Assembly: GCF_001194135.2 (NCBI RefSeq)
Contig: NC_068981.1
Coordinates: 80,115,959-80,179,958 of the forward strand
DNA length: 64,000 bases
Direction of reading: 5' to 3'
Source: Octopus bimaculoides
Lineage: Eukaryota
Shown here: positions 1-12,913 of the stretch, piece after piece
Layout of the letters: every line of letters begins with the position of its first letter
How positions within the stretch are numbered: position 1 is the stretch's first letter
Program-made: the position numbers and the translations under genes
Notes under the pieces: generated by a model
The model's input: the letters and a program-made list of their open reading frames with translations, nothing else
Told to the model about the DNA's origin: nothing
Databases searched by the model: none

Positions 1-33
<33 letters not shown>

Positions 34-57
34 TAGATAGATAGATAGATCGATAGA

Positions 58-159
58 TATAATCATAAATATATAGGGATTGACAGTAACCTGCTTCAAC
101 ATACTGACAGTATGTTGGAGAAGCAGGTTACTGTCAATCCCCATATATTTATGATTATA
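58..159. repeat. Near-perfect ~100-bp palindrome (hairpin) next to a (TA)n/(GATA)n tract
   Basis: Left arm tataatcataaatatatagggattgacagtaacctgctt-caacatactg; right arm is its reverse complement with 1 mismatch and a 2-nt indel; centre at a107. Confidence 0.9.
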
Positions 160-1030
160 AATGTTTTTTACCGAAAAGGTTTTTTCATACTGAGCTACCC
201 GGCAAAATTGTTAATTATTAATTTTATTACTAATTGACGATTCCCTGCCCTGCATATCTATATATAGATAGATAGATAGATACAGACAGATAGATAGATA
301 GATAGATATAGATAGATGATGTCATGATAGATATAGATAGATGATGGTGGGTGTACGAAGTTTTCATCAAATGGAGTTCGCGACCTGCTTTTGATTATTA
401 TTTCTATCTGCTTTTTTTTTTTGCATTCGTCGCCAATGCGTCACAATGCGTGTTTGTGCCTGTGCGCGCGCGCTTGTGAATGTGTTCATGCATGTGTATC
501 TATGTGTGTATGTATACATGTGTGTATTTATATATGTATGTATGTTTGTACACACACACACATATATATACACACACGTACACAAACAGATTTATAGCTA
601 TAGATATAAATATACTCACAGTGACAAATATAGGGGGAGAGAGGCTGTTATATAAACAGTTACATGCGTACACATTAAACTATAAACATACGCACAGATA
701 TCACACACACATACACAGATATATCTTTATATAAACATATATATAAACTACCTAACATTTTCTTTTTTTTTCCCTCCTCTATATTACCGTTGTAACATTT
801 TATTACATTTCTATGTACTAGCATGCACGCACACTTTCATAATAAGCCACAGGTTGTCAAATTTATCGTCTTCTTTCTGTACAATACAGGAAAATGCAAA
901 ACACTCCGGAGAAAAGCATTTTCCATTATTTTTCCATGCTGGTGTGTTCTGCAAAATCCGTTCAATACATGTAAACAGTAATCGAATCTCGGCAAGTGTT
1001 TGGCGGGTTATATTCATTTTATAGACATGG

Positions 1031-1350
1031 CGCAGGCATAGCTGTGTGGTTAGAAGCTTGCTCCGCAACTGAGTGGTTTCGGGTTCAGTTCCACTACGTG
1101 ACACCTTGGGCAAGTGTATTCTGTTATAGTCCCGGGTCAAACAAAACCTTGGTAGACAGAAAGACCGTCGCGTGTATGTGTGCGCGCGCGCAGGGGTTGT
1201 TTACGTTCCCGTAATATAGCGGTTCGACAAAATCCCCGATAAAATAAGTACTAGGCGTGAAAAATAAGTACGGAAGTCGATTTCGTCGACTAAACCCATT
1301 AAGGCGGTGCCCCAGTATGGCCGCAGTCCAATGGCTGAAACAAGTAAAAC
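1031..1350 (+). mobile_element. Bipartite tRNA-derived SINE: head/body + (TG)n hinge + tail module B1
   Basis: A/B-box-like head (gctgtgtggttagaag...gggttcagttcc); the same architecture recurs at 23.1, 34.0 and 38.5 kb; CpGs intact in this copy. Confidence 0.75.
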
Positions 1351-1570
1351 ACACAGATATATACGGAGAGAGAGAGAGCTTCCTAAATCTCACTTGGGTA
1401 CAAAATTCGGTTTATGCATATTTACATTATAACAATATGTATTCATAGTGTTATGTCTATGTGTATAGTTAGTTTGCAACCTGAACAGCTAAGATTGATC
1501 ATAAATAGGTATTTATAACGGGCAGGTCTGAGCTGGAGGTCCGCTTTGAAAATATGCTTGTGCGTGTGTG

Positions 1571-1571
1571 C

Positions 1572-1603
<32 letters not shown>

Positions 1604-1690
1604 ATCTGTCTGTCTGTCTATCTGTCTATCTATCCATCTATCTTTCTATCTGTTTGTCTGTCTATCTATCTATCTATCTATCTATCTATG
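1571..1690. repeat. (TCTA/TCTG)n tetranucleotide microsatellite
   Basis: Direct inspection. Confidence 0.95.
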
Positions 1691-2005
1691 GAGAGAGAGA
1701 GAGAATGTCAGCACACAAAGTAAGAATCCAGCCGGGGCCTAATTAGGTTATTCAGTGCTCCCACTGTAACCATGGGGTTACCAATATCTTAAGCCAGTAT
1801 TGGCCTGGTAACCCACCTCATCACTCACGAAGAGTAAAGTTACTAATGTGGTCGTTTTCAGAGTCATGAAGGACGAATGTGATATGTATGTGTATGTACG
1901 CGCGCGTGTGTAACGGTGCAATTCGTAGATGCTTCCGATTAGTATCGCTAGTGCACATCGGAAAGGCACAACTTATTTCCTTCTCTTAATAAATCTATGA
2001 TAGCA

Positions 2006-2007
<2 letters not shown>

Positions 2008-2054
<47 letters not shown>
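2008..2054. repeat. (TG)n microsatellite
   Basis: Direct inspection. Confidence 0.95.
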
Positions 2055-2059
<5 letters not shown>

Positions 2060-2249
2060 ATTGTGTAAGGGCGACTTCTAAATACATAGCTTATGTAAAA
2101 AAAAAAAAAATTGCATACTTCCTTAAAAGCATATGTCACCATCATCGATGCAGTCGTATTTAGTGCAATCCCCCATCAAAAAAAAAAAACCCTTGCAAAC
2201 TATTCAGGCATTTTACCAAACACTGCCACCACCACCCTTTGCAGCAACT

Positions 2250-2580
2250 GCAGCAGACGATACTAGTTTTAACTGTAACGACGACAACGACGACAAACCA
2301 CCACAACTATTAATTACTACTCCCACCACACCCACTAGTACTTTAATCTACTAATACTGCTACTTGCTACTGTTTGTGCTGCTGCTGCTACTACGGACGC
2401 TATTGACCCTACAGCAACCCCTAAACAACAACAACTACTACTACTACTACTACTACTTATTACTGTCTGTTGTAGTTGCTGTTGTTGCAGGCGTTACAAA
2501 CTGCACCGCTACCACTGTAAACATTTGTATTAGTACTACTACTGTTAAATGTTGCTGATACTGTTGTTGTTGTTGTTGTT
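2250..2580. repeat. Cryptic trinucleotide-repeat region (CTA/CAA/GTT/GCT)
   Basis: Runs of ctactacta, caacaacaa, gttgttgtt; explains the low-complexity ORFs at 2133 and 2364. Confidence 0.8.
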
Positions 2581-3459
2581 GCTTATATTCCCCACCATCC
2601 CACCATCTGATCGGCTCTGATCGAGCAAGCCACGACCATCCCGCCTATTTGTTTTTGTTTTGTGGGGGAGGAGGTGTTCCGAAATAAACAACGAACTCGG
2701 GCAACATTAATCAGTGTTTTTTATTCTTTTTTTTTTTTTCATTCAAAGACTACACGACAGAGTGTGATTTTGAGGGACAATCTGGCTGTTATTGCCAGCA
2801 GGTCGAGCGATCATAGATAGATAAAGTGAGAGTGAGAGAGAAAGACGGAAAGTGAGAGTGATAGACAGATAGAGAGAGAGGGTTACTCTCGTTGGTTCTA
2901 CTGCCACTACTACCGTTACGGACGCTCGCTATAACTGCACCGCTATTACTATCACCACCACTGGTGCTACGGACGCTACACAATCATCTCCACTATTACC
3001 GTGAGCTGCCTTCTTTTCTCTTTCTCTCTCTAATCTGCGAATGGCTCTGTAAAATATGTACGAAACAAAACCATTTTGTTAGTGTAGTTAGTACAATGAA
3101 GTAGTAAGTAGAAAAGCAGATATTAAAAAAAAAAAAAAAAAAACTAACAAAATTCCGACGAAAACAAAACTACTTACTATGTAGAGCCGCAGTTATATTT
3201 ATTTATTTATTTATTAAACATCGCATAGTAAGTACTATTGCTAATTCTACCGAACGACTAATACACGCATAGTACTCACTGCTACTATTACTTGCCTAAA
3301 CTTCACTACTGGGCTTGCAAAGTGATCAAGCAAAAACAGCAGTAGTGTCGTGATAGTGTCTATGTTACCATAGCGCCCCCCCTTTCCCTTCCCTTCTATC
3401 TCCAAACAGTGCATGCCAAGCTTGGTGTGTATCTATGTACACATAGTTTACATATACAT

Positions 3460-3490
<31 letters not shown>

Positions 3491-3785
3491 CACACGCGCA
3501 CATACAATTATGTTGTGAGTGTGTGTGTGTCTGTAAATATATACATATATATACATATGTATTATGTATATATATGTCACACACATACATACACTCTGTC
3601 TCTCTCTCTCTCTCTCCACCATATATGTGTGTGTGTGTGTGTGTATATTATATGTGTATCTATATAAGACGTCAGTTTTATGTGTCTGGCTTACTTTGGA
3701 TATATAGAGTTGCCGCGCCGTGTGTGTAAAAACAGCCAGCCTTCCTTCTCTTGGTCTCTTTACAAAGCATCGCTTATATACTGTT

Positions 3786-3850
<65 letters not shown>

Positions 3851-3855
3851 CATAC
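3460..3855. repeat. Compound (TA)n/(TG)n/(CT)n microsatellite cluster
   Basis: Direct inspection. Confidence 0.95.
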
Positions 3856-4868
3856 ATCAACATTGGATTCTGTATTTCGTACACATACTCAGAAAAGACC
3901 AGGTGAATTATATTGTCTTTCTTTTTCCTTCGTTTAACACCACACGTTTCTTTTTCCTTTTTTATTTCATTTTACACTCCAGTATTATCATTCTATATTT
4001 ATTTTATGTCCTTTAAACATATTTTTGCCGCTTTCTCGTTTTCTTTCTCTATTTACCTCTAGCTATAATCTCTATTTCTCTGTCTTTTTTTTCTATCTTT
4101 TCTCCTTATATATTTTACCGTATTTCTCTCTCTCCATATAAATTCGTTTTCTTTCTTTCTCTATTGATTTTCTGTCGTATTTATCTTTCCCCATCATCTA
4201 TTGTTTTAATTCAATTTTTTTTCTTTGTAGTCGTTGTTTTTGTTAAATTTTAAACACACACACACACAGACATGTGTGTGTGTGTGTGTGTCTGTCTGTT
4301 TGCATCAGTGTCATACACACAGTGTTATTTATTCGTGTGTGTGTGTCGTTAGTATGTCTCTGTGAAGGCGAATCAATCTAGATATGCTTCGATTTGGTTC
4401 TATAGATTTGCATACACGAGTAAACAACATGTATGCTGTCAGACGAAGAAAAGGGAGAAACATGTAGGAATACACATACACACTGAAGTTGTTTGTCTAT
4501 GTAATGATCTATTGCTATCATTTCTGTGATGTAATGGTGATTAATGTGTCACTTCTCTTTTCTATATACATGTGGATGCATTGGATATGTCTTGTTTAAT
4601 GCATATAGGTTGCGGACATAACATATACACACATATACTTTACTTTTGCAATTTTGTAGAACTGTACCTAGGAGTAGGGTTACCTTCATTCTATTTCTCT
4701 CTCACTCTCAGTCGCTTTTACTCGTCGATGTTCTTCAATATCTTTTCATTGAAAATAATAGATTCTCTGTTCAAATCATTAGTAGTGTCCCAGCAGCATG
4801 TGAATGTGTGACAGATGCCTCAGTGTGGTGTTTATATCTATCTATCTGCACTTCGAATGGGTTTGTAG

Positions 4869-4895
4869 GTCGCGGTCAGTAAAGGACAGGTGAGT
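4869..4895 (+). other. Candidate exon end with consensus splice donor CAG|GTGAGT (intron from 4890)
   Basis: aaggacag|gtgagt; an upstream tttgtag|G at 4868 would define a 21-nt exon; lies in the CpG-retaining zone. Confidence 0.3.
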
Positions 4896-5722
4896 GGAGA
4901 GAGACAATTATTTACAGTGGCCAACATCTACCACCACTTCTCCTTTCCTTCCTCTTTTTGCAAATGTTTTAGATTTCTGGCATATTCTTTTCTTCAGATA
5001 TGCTCACTATCGATTATTTTGTCTGTATCTCCGAAAACAGTTTCTTACTGAGAAAGACGTATCTTGAACTGTATACGCAGGCCTGTGTATATGTGTTTAA
5101 CACGCTTAATATCACTTCTATATTTATTCTTATTGCTTGTAAATTTATCGAACCACTTATTGTCAACAGTAACACATACGGTTCACTTACAGACAAATTG
5201 CGATGCCTCAGCCCAAAATCTTGCTCGCCTTTATGCCTGCTCTGTTTTACACACAATCACCTCTGTATTTTAACATCTTTTATTTATCGTTGTACGTTAT
5301 GCTCGAAAGGGTCACCTATTTCCGATCACTTCTACACTCTCTCTTATTCTGATTGACAATGTAGAAACAAGTATTTACATTAAAAGAAGCGACGAAAGAG
5401 TGATATCATGTAGGGCCCGACAGAATAAGTCTCTAAATTTAAGGGTACCCCTATTGATTGGCATGATATATGTTTTCATTTTACTTTTGTGGTTGACCTT
5501 TTGTGTAGTGTCTGTTATAAACTTTCGATAATTTCCCAGTGTTACGTGTCCTGTTTTGCCCGTTTATTGTCGTTGCAGCCTTTTCACCTTCTCTTGTTGT
5601 AACTGCACTTTGCAAAAGCCGTCCTACTGCTGAAAAGACGGCTATTAACGTGACCATGTCGGTTACTCTCCTCCCACGTCCTATTATTTTCGCCACTTTC
5701 ACTGCCAACACAAGCAATCTAG

Positions 5723-5763
<41 letters not shown>

Positions 5764-7584
5764 CCCCACCATCACCAAATCATTCTTCTCTATTACTACA
5801 ATCAGAAGCTTCATGCACTATTTCACCAGTTTTCACGCCCCATCCTGAGTATACCAACATAAATCTTTTTTTCCTTTGCGAGAAAGAACACATCTTTCAT
5901 ACGCTTATATGTAGACAGATATGCATACGAATATCAAGACTGCATAAATATACATGTAGACATATTATGCAGATATATCAGATCGATTTGTAAGTTGATC
6001 GAAGAAAAAACAAAAATAAAACAAAAAACAATCGCATCAGTTTCTCGACAAATATGTCCTATGTTCACTCGTTTTGACTTGCAGAGGAAAACTGGGGTTG
6101 TTGTATATCTTACCTTCATACTCATTGTCATCATCTAATATCTTCACCCTTATTCGAAACAGGACGTGTTGTCAGTGAGTTAATGTGATCGAGAATAGTT
6201 TAGTATCGGGCAGTTAAGAATAGAGAAACCTATTTGGATTGCAGCCATTCTAGTTGTTTTTCTTCTTTTTTAAGTTGACTGTAATGTTAGTGTTTGTTAG
6301 CATTCCGAGAGATAAGTTTCATAAAGATAATTTTTTAAAAAATCATTTTTGAAAGTTATACTTTATATAGCATTTTTTTCCTTTCTCTCTACATATCACC
6401 TTTTTCAAAACAACTCGTCTGAACCACTAAAAACATGCGGTATTTATTCAGTGATTCTAAATAAAAAGCGCGTTAACGAGTGCTTCTGGCTAACAAAAAT
6501 ATATAAATTAATTAATGACATTGAATAACAATTGTTATTAATAACGACTTTAAAAAATTGTAGTGCCTCTACGATAATAATAAATTATGGGATCCAACTG
6601 TATGCTTTAATTAGTTTATTCCTTTGGTTTTACAAAGCATTATTAAACTATTACAATTAAAAATTGTTACTCGAAAACTGTTGGTTTGATTTTATATTTG
6701 TTTTTCTCTCTTCTGTATTTAATTTCATTAAATTGCCATATAAATTTATTTGAAACAAATCCTAGTATATTGTTTCTTCTTTACTATTTCTGGCACGAGA
6801 ATTTGTTTTCGCTTTCAGTAACTTTAAGAATCATTAAAAATACTTAAAGGTTACATATTCAATCGACAATGCATTATAGGTAACACCTCAATACATCACT
6901 AATACTTTTGTGTCTGGAAAAATGAAAAACAAAGTTGACCTCGGCGGGATTTGAACTCAGAACATAAAGGGCAATAACTTAATACGGCAGGCATTTTCTC
7001 CGGTGCTCTAACTATTCTGCTAATTCACCGTTTTGAAGATTAGTCCTTAGTTTTCATTTTTGCCCAGAAGTAATCTTTTTTTCAATTATAAATGCAAGAT
7101 CATAATTTGTAGGGAAGGGCCTATACATAATCGATCAGATCGATGCCTTCCGAATAATTTGATCTACTTGGAAGAATGACGGATACAGTCGACGTAAGTG
7201 TGATTGGAACTCGGAGAGGAAACTAAGTATCGTAAGGTATTTACTTTCGTTTTTGCTAGCATTACACCTGCTTCGTTGATTCGCTTAAGTGTTCCAACTC
7301 ATTGTGTGTAATTGAGAGAAATGAAATAAATGTCTTTTAAAATCGAAACAACTTTGCACTGGACCATTACCATTATAAACTAACGATAAGTTGTTTGAAA
7401 TCAGAATAGTTATGGTTATATTAACTAGTTGTCTTGAAAAAACATCAATTAAGAAGCAGTTTCTGACTATGGAAATAGTTTTCTAATAGCACAGGTACTT
7501 TAGAAACAACAGCAAAATGTCAATAGACTTTTATTGTTCAGAGGACCTTGCTGGTAACTATTATTGTCGTAATTACATTTCAGC

Positions 7585-7615
<31 letters not shown>

Positions 7616-7738
7616 NNNNNNNNNNNNNNNNNNNNNNNNNNNNNNNNNNNNNNNNNNNNNNNNNNNNNNNNNNNNNNNNNNNNNNNNNNNNNNNNNNNNN
7701 NNNNNNNNNNNNNNNNNNNNNNNNNNNNNNNNNNNNNN
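7616..7738. other. Assembly gap (others: 31285-32139, 39941-40171, 48606-48615, 50856-51115, 56906-57396, 62169-62498)
   Basis: N runs, mostly flanked by microsatellites. Confidence 1.
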
Positions 7739-10700
7739 ATATATATATATATATATATATATAATACAGAGAGAAAAGGGAAAGGAGCACACACACATAC
7801 ACATATATATAGGTAATCGTTTCTTGATGATTTGCGATTCACTTTCCAACACATTTTTTAATGTGACCGTGTCCGAAACCAACACCCTGTGTGTGTGTGT
7901 GTGTGTGTAGAAATATTTTCTAATTTTGCCAACTAGAATAAACATCAACGCTGTCTAAAATAATGCTTTTCTACTCACCTGTTACAAATGATACAAATAG
8001 TTGTGACAAGTGCTTTCTCTTTAAATAGAGGCAGCATCTGTCTTATCTGCACCATTGACGTATGAAATTCTGGCTAAATGGGAAGAACTGCTTAGTAAAG
8101 AGAACCTTCCTCCTAAGCACACACAGTGATGGAGTGTTCGTATTTTTGCATCAAAATATTACATCGAGGGCTATATATGCTTTTATATTGGTTGTTATTG
8201 TTTAGTTCCAGGTCAGCTTCGATTAAATAGACTTTTAATCAATACGGTCTAGCCGTGGCTATCTCATTTTATTTTTAGATAATGCATCCAGAGCTAAATT
8301 ATCCAGTGTGAGCTCGAGAGACGGGTGGGGGATTTGGTTGCTATTTCTAACATGTTAAGTGACCACGTAGAGGTTCCCACTTTAGTTTGCTTTGTGTTGT
8401 GTGAAGTTTCTTTATGTTTATGTTGCATGGTTTCACCATTCCTCAATGTAATTTAAAATACAGCTCTATTTAGTAGACATCTGCTAAATTTTCTCCAGAT
8501 TCCTTAATTAAGAAAGTTTTGCTGAGTTTTTTATTTCAAACATTTGTATTAAATATGACTGGTTTATATGGGGGCGAGTTGTAGAAGTTGTTATAGTATC
8601 GGATAAATGTATTGCAGAATTTGTCCTGCATTTAGATCCTGCCAAGGTGAATGAACTATATTTCTCATTCTTTCAGGATTGATAAAAGTTGTAATCCAGG
8701 CCAGTGGAATGGCAGAACTGTAAGAGTGTTGGATGGTGGGCCCTTGCATTCTGAGTTCAAATCCCATTACAGCCTTCCAGGGTGGTACACTTAATCTATC
8801 ACACAGTTTAGAACTACTTCGTACAGGATGGATTCTGTTAAAGGTGTTTTGGCAGTATATGGGGAAGGTCTCAAGTTTGAGATTACTTTTTTCCACTTGT
8901 ATTTGCAATCCTGTGAAAAGGGTTTATAAGTATTGCCTTTCTTCCTCACTAAAAGACAAATATTTTCTTATATTAAAGTTATTTTGCTTTACAAGGCATT
9001 TGGTGACCCTGTTTGTGATGGTGCCACTTAAAAAGCACCTAGTTCACTCTGTAAAATGGTAGGCATTAGGAAGGGCATCAAACTGTAGAAACCATATCAA
9101 AATAGACAATGGAGCCCGGCTCCTGGTTTTGTCAGCTCCTGTCAAACCGTTCAACCCATACCAGCATGGAAAACAGGCGTCAAATGATGATGATGATTTT
9201 ATTTATTGTATACACACACATACACACAAATCTTAATATGAACAATAAAACTCAAAAGTCTGTACTTGGTTTTGGATGTGTGCATATGAGTTGAAGACTT
9301 CTTCAATTAAAGTTACTACTTTATTACAAATAACTTACATGATAGCATTAAGCTTATTCTTTCATTGGGTATACTGTGACAAAGTTTTTTTTATTAGGAT
9401 ATGAACTCCCAGCATAATGAACACTTTGATCATTTGACCATTCCATCACACAGTTACATAAATTATAATCTTCATCTTAATTTCTATATTCCATCCTAAT
9501 AGTTTCAATAGCTTTGTGTTAAAACGTTTTCATCTGTGTCATTTCTGTATTATGTGAGATGTAACTTACCCACATTTGATCTTACAGCATAAAAATGCAA
9601 TAGTCGCTCATATGAACTATAGCAAGTTGTAAAAACTTCAGTCAGCTGAGATTATCCAAGCAATTCCTAAAAAAATTTTCCCTCTAGGAGTGGTTAAAAA
9701 TCTAAGAACCATCAAGTGAGATTGTGCTCAATTGATCAAAAGGCTCTGATAATATAGGCAATGCGAACTTGGGTAGATCTGATCTGTAGGGCCAACTGGT
9801 GAAACCAAAAAGCATGTGTTAGTCTTATGAGACCTCTTTCCAGGTTTTCCTTAATCTGTATCTGCTAAACTATCTTCAGTTACCTACTCATAATATTTTC
9901 ATCTCCCATGCATCGTTCATTTGCATATTTGTAGAAATAGCTGCACTATCATAAAATCTCATGTAATTTTGATAATCGTAGAGGTTTTTATTGCAAAGAG
10001 TAAATAACACAAGTGGATTTATTCTTTGTTAGTGATCCTTAAATCTGATAAAAATCTAAGTAGTGTGAATTACTTAATATGATTGTGAGTGCTAAGTAGC
10101 AAAAATATTACAAATACTTGTTATTTTCATGGGGAAGGAATGTTCAAGATGTTATGACATATAGTGTTCATTTGGAATAAGATTCATGTGACTAGATTTT
10201 CTTTTTCTCTTCTCATTGGAATCACGATCTGAGACATAATGTACTTAAAGGCTGCTTGAGGATTTCTTAGTGGCCTATGTTGTTTTTGACATTGTCTCTT
10301 GAAAATGCTGTTTCCTGCGTCAATAACTTTGCTGAGCCATTGCTGTTAAATATAGTTGCACAAAAATAGCACAATTAAGAGATTACTGGCCAAAAATGAA
10401 TCTATGTTCTGAATTCATTATCATCATTTTAACCTCCACTTACTCATGCTCACATGGACAGAATTTGTTGAGGTAGATTTTCTACAACCAGGTGTCCTTC
10501 CTGTTGCCAACTCTCACTTGTTTCCAGGTAAGGGAATATTTCCCCATGACCAGACATATTTTTATGCAAGATTGGAAAAGAAGGATACCATTTACATGAT
10601 GGTGATACTTGTTTACACATGATGTGAAAGCAAGGAGACAGTAACACACACACATACATACATATATGTATATATATATATGGTGGGTTTCGTTCAGTTT

Positions 10701-11689
10701 CGTCTACCAAATCCACTCACAAGGCTTTTAATAAAATTAAGTTTCTTGTTAATGTTGGAGAAAAGCCCTGCTAAGTGCAGGTCTAGGGTAGGGAATAACC
10801 AGTGTATTGTCAAGAGACTCTTCTTAAGATGATTGTTCCATGCAGTTCGATATGTTAGCTTAGAGTCTGTTGCCTTTAGTGATTGGGCTGCTGCATGGAA
10901 CCGCCATGGTTACTGTTGCTCAGTTGTGTAATGCAAAATATTAAGTTTGTATAATGGTGATATTCATCTCATTCAGATAATCCTCTGCCATTTTAAACTG
11001 GGGAATCTTCCATGAGTATGTAGTGTGGTACTGGCTTTCTCCCCACTTTTTTTGTTTTTGTTTTCATTTTTGAAACCTAACTGTTTCAACTCTCATGATG
11101 GGTTGTAGCTATGAGTGGGTGTGAGTAGGATTTGATTAACAATACGCTTGGATTTATTTTAATACTTTTGAGCCATAGAAATTTTTTAAAAAGTGTCTTC
11201 TATGTCTATTAGTGTCTAAGTCATATTGTAACTAGTTGTAACTTGTAAAAATGATAAATTGTATGCTACAGCCTTTTTTCAGATGCTTCATCAATGTTAG
11301 ATATAGTTATTTCAATTATTTCTGAAGAAATTTTTTTTGATAATTAGTAAGAAAATGAACAAAACAAAAGAAACATTGATGGATCAGTGAAGAATCAACT
11401 TTTTAACATTCTGTTTATTATTGATGGCATTCATAATGTTGTTCTTCCTTAGGGTGTGACATAGTTTCTTTGCCTCCAAATAGCACCATCATCATTGATG
11501 AAACTGGTTAACCATGCGTCATTTATCATGAATGTACTCATTGTTATAACTTCTTCCTCTAAGTTGTATTCATGTCAAAGTTATCCATGAGATTATCTTT
11601 CAGTATGTTTATGTCTAGTTCTTTGCTACCTCCTGTCTTTTGCACCTTCCAAACTTATTTTATATCTTATTTTTTATTTCTTTACTGCC

Positions 11690-11910
11690 CACAAGGGGCT
11701 ACACACAGAGGGGACAAACAAGAACAGACAAACGGATTAAGTCGATTATATCGACCCCAGTGCGTAACTGGTACTTACTTAATCGACCCCGAAAGGATGA
11801 AATGCAAAGTCGACCTCGGTGGAATTTGAACTCAGAACGTTACAGTAGACGAAATACCACTAAGCATTTCGCCTGGCGTGCTAACGTTTCTGCTAGCTCG
11901 CTGCCTTCAG
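11690..11910 (-). mobile_element. tRNA-derived SINE with Nin-like central domain (young copy)
   Basis: Minus strand has B-box gagttcaaattcc and central ttcatcctttcggggtcgattaagtaagtaccag; degraded relatives at ~6.95, 7.15, 38.3, 43.2, 48.7, 49.3, 49.5, 53.15 and 61.65 kb; domain name is from recall. Confidence 0.7.
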
Positions 11911-12628
11911 GTTATTTCTAATAACCTTATTTACTGTACTATTTTTCTATCATTTGCTATCTTTTTGATTCAACCAATGTTCTAGTCACAAAATTGGTCA
12001 GTACTTTGCAACTGGTTAGAATGTCCAGCTGTATAAACTCTGTTTCTTTGGCAGCTTCCATGCAGCACTCTCTGTGCTATGTTATTGTTCTTAACTTTGT
12101 AAGCCTGATCCCCATTAGCCATAGAGATATTTTTTATATAAACCTCCCACACATTAATTTTTAGGTATTGACTTGGTGTATGCATGTGTTTGAATAACTC
12201 CTATTTTAGACAGAATGGAATAATTTTAACATTAATTCTTATCTGTGTAAATGTATGACATCTCATTTGATGTATGTTTTCTCTTATCTTATACTTGATT
12301 TATTTACTCTTGGCTACATAGCATTCTGAGTAACAAGAGTACAATCTAGCTCTTTCACTAAGCTAAGTTGACATTTGGTTATATTAGCAGAAATATATAC
12401 ATACGTGTGTGTGTGTGTGTGTAATTGGTTTGTTTGTGGAGGGTAGGTTGAGAAGTTCACTTCCCAATCACAATGTTTCAGGTTCAGTCCCAGTGCATGA
12501 CACCTTCAACAAGGATCTTCCACTATAGCCCTGGATGACCAAAACCTTGTGGGTGGATTTGGTAGACAGAAACTGAAAGAAGACTGTTTTGTTTATGTGG
12601 ATGTGTCTGTCTGTCTATCTATCTATCT

Positions 12629-12820
12629 ATCTCTCTATTTAGCCATCTCTCTATTTAGCCATCTCTCTATTTAGCCATCTCTCTATTTAGCCATCTCTCT
12701 ATTTAGCCATCTCTCTATTTAGCCATCTCTCTATTTAGCTATCTCTCTATTTAGCTATCTCTCTATTTAGCTATCTCTCTATTTAGCTATCTCTCTATTT
12801 AGCTATCTCTCTATCTAGCT
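12629..12820. repeat. 16-bp minisatellite, 12 units (ATCTCTCTATTTAGCY)
   Basis: 6 units ending GCC, 5 ending GCT, 1 ATCTCTCTATCTAGCT, embedded in (ATCT)n. Confidence 0.95.
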
Positions 12821-12913
12821 ATCTATCTCTCTATCTATCTACCTATCTATCTCTATCTATCTCTCTATCTCTCTCTCTATCTCTATCTATCTACCTATCT
12901 ACCTATCTACCTA

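Noticed and set aside
367-4016. Many ORFs rich in YI/CV/HT/LS dipeptides
   Set aside because: Translations of (TA)n, (TG)n, (CA)n and (TCTA)n microsatellites; the same applies to similar ORFs at 28.8, 47.8, 49.8 and 62.5 kb
4253-4292. (CA)n-(TG)n inverted microsatellite hairpin; similar at 52545-52575
   Set aside because: Simple-repeat juxtaposition expected in such a microsatellite-rich genome
5000-5356. 118-aa ORF after a plausible acceptor
   Set aside because: No recognisable domain, and composition typical of AT-rich non-coding DNA
7519-7554. Possible first coding exon MSIDFYCSEDLA with donor CTG|GTAACT
   Set aside because: Short, unrecognised, and cannot be linked to downstream exons without transcript data
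8480-8700. Possible Penelope GIY-YIG remnant on the minus strand
   Set aside because: Only vague similarity after assuming frameshifts; not supportable by eye
12629-12820. CRISPR-like regular repeat
   Set aside because: Contiguous tandem units with no spacers, in a eukaryotic context
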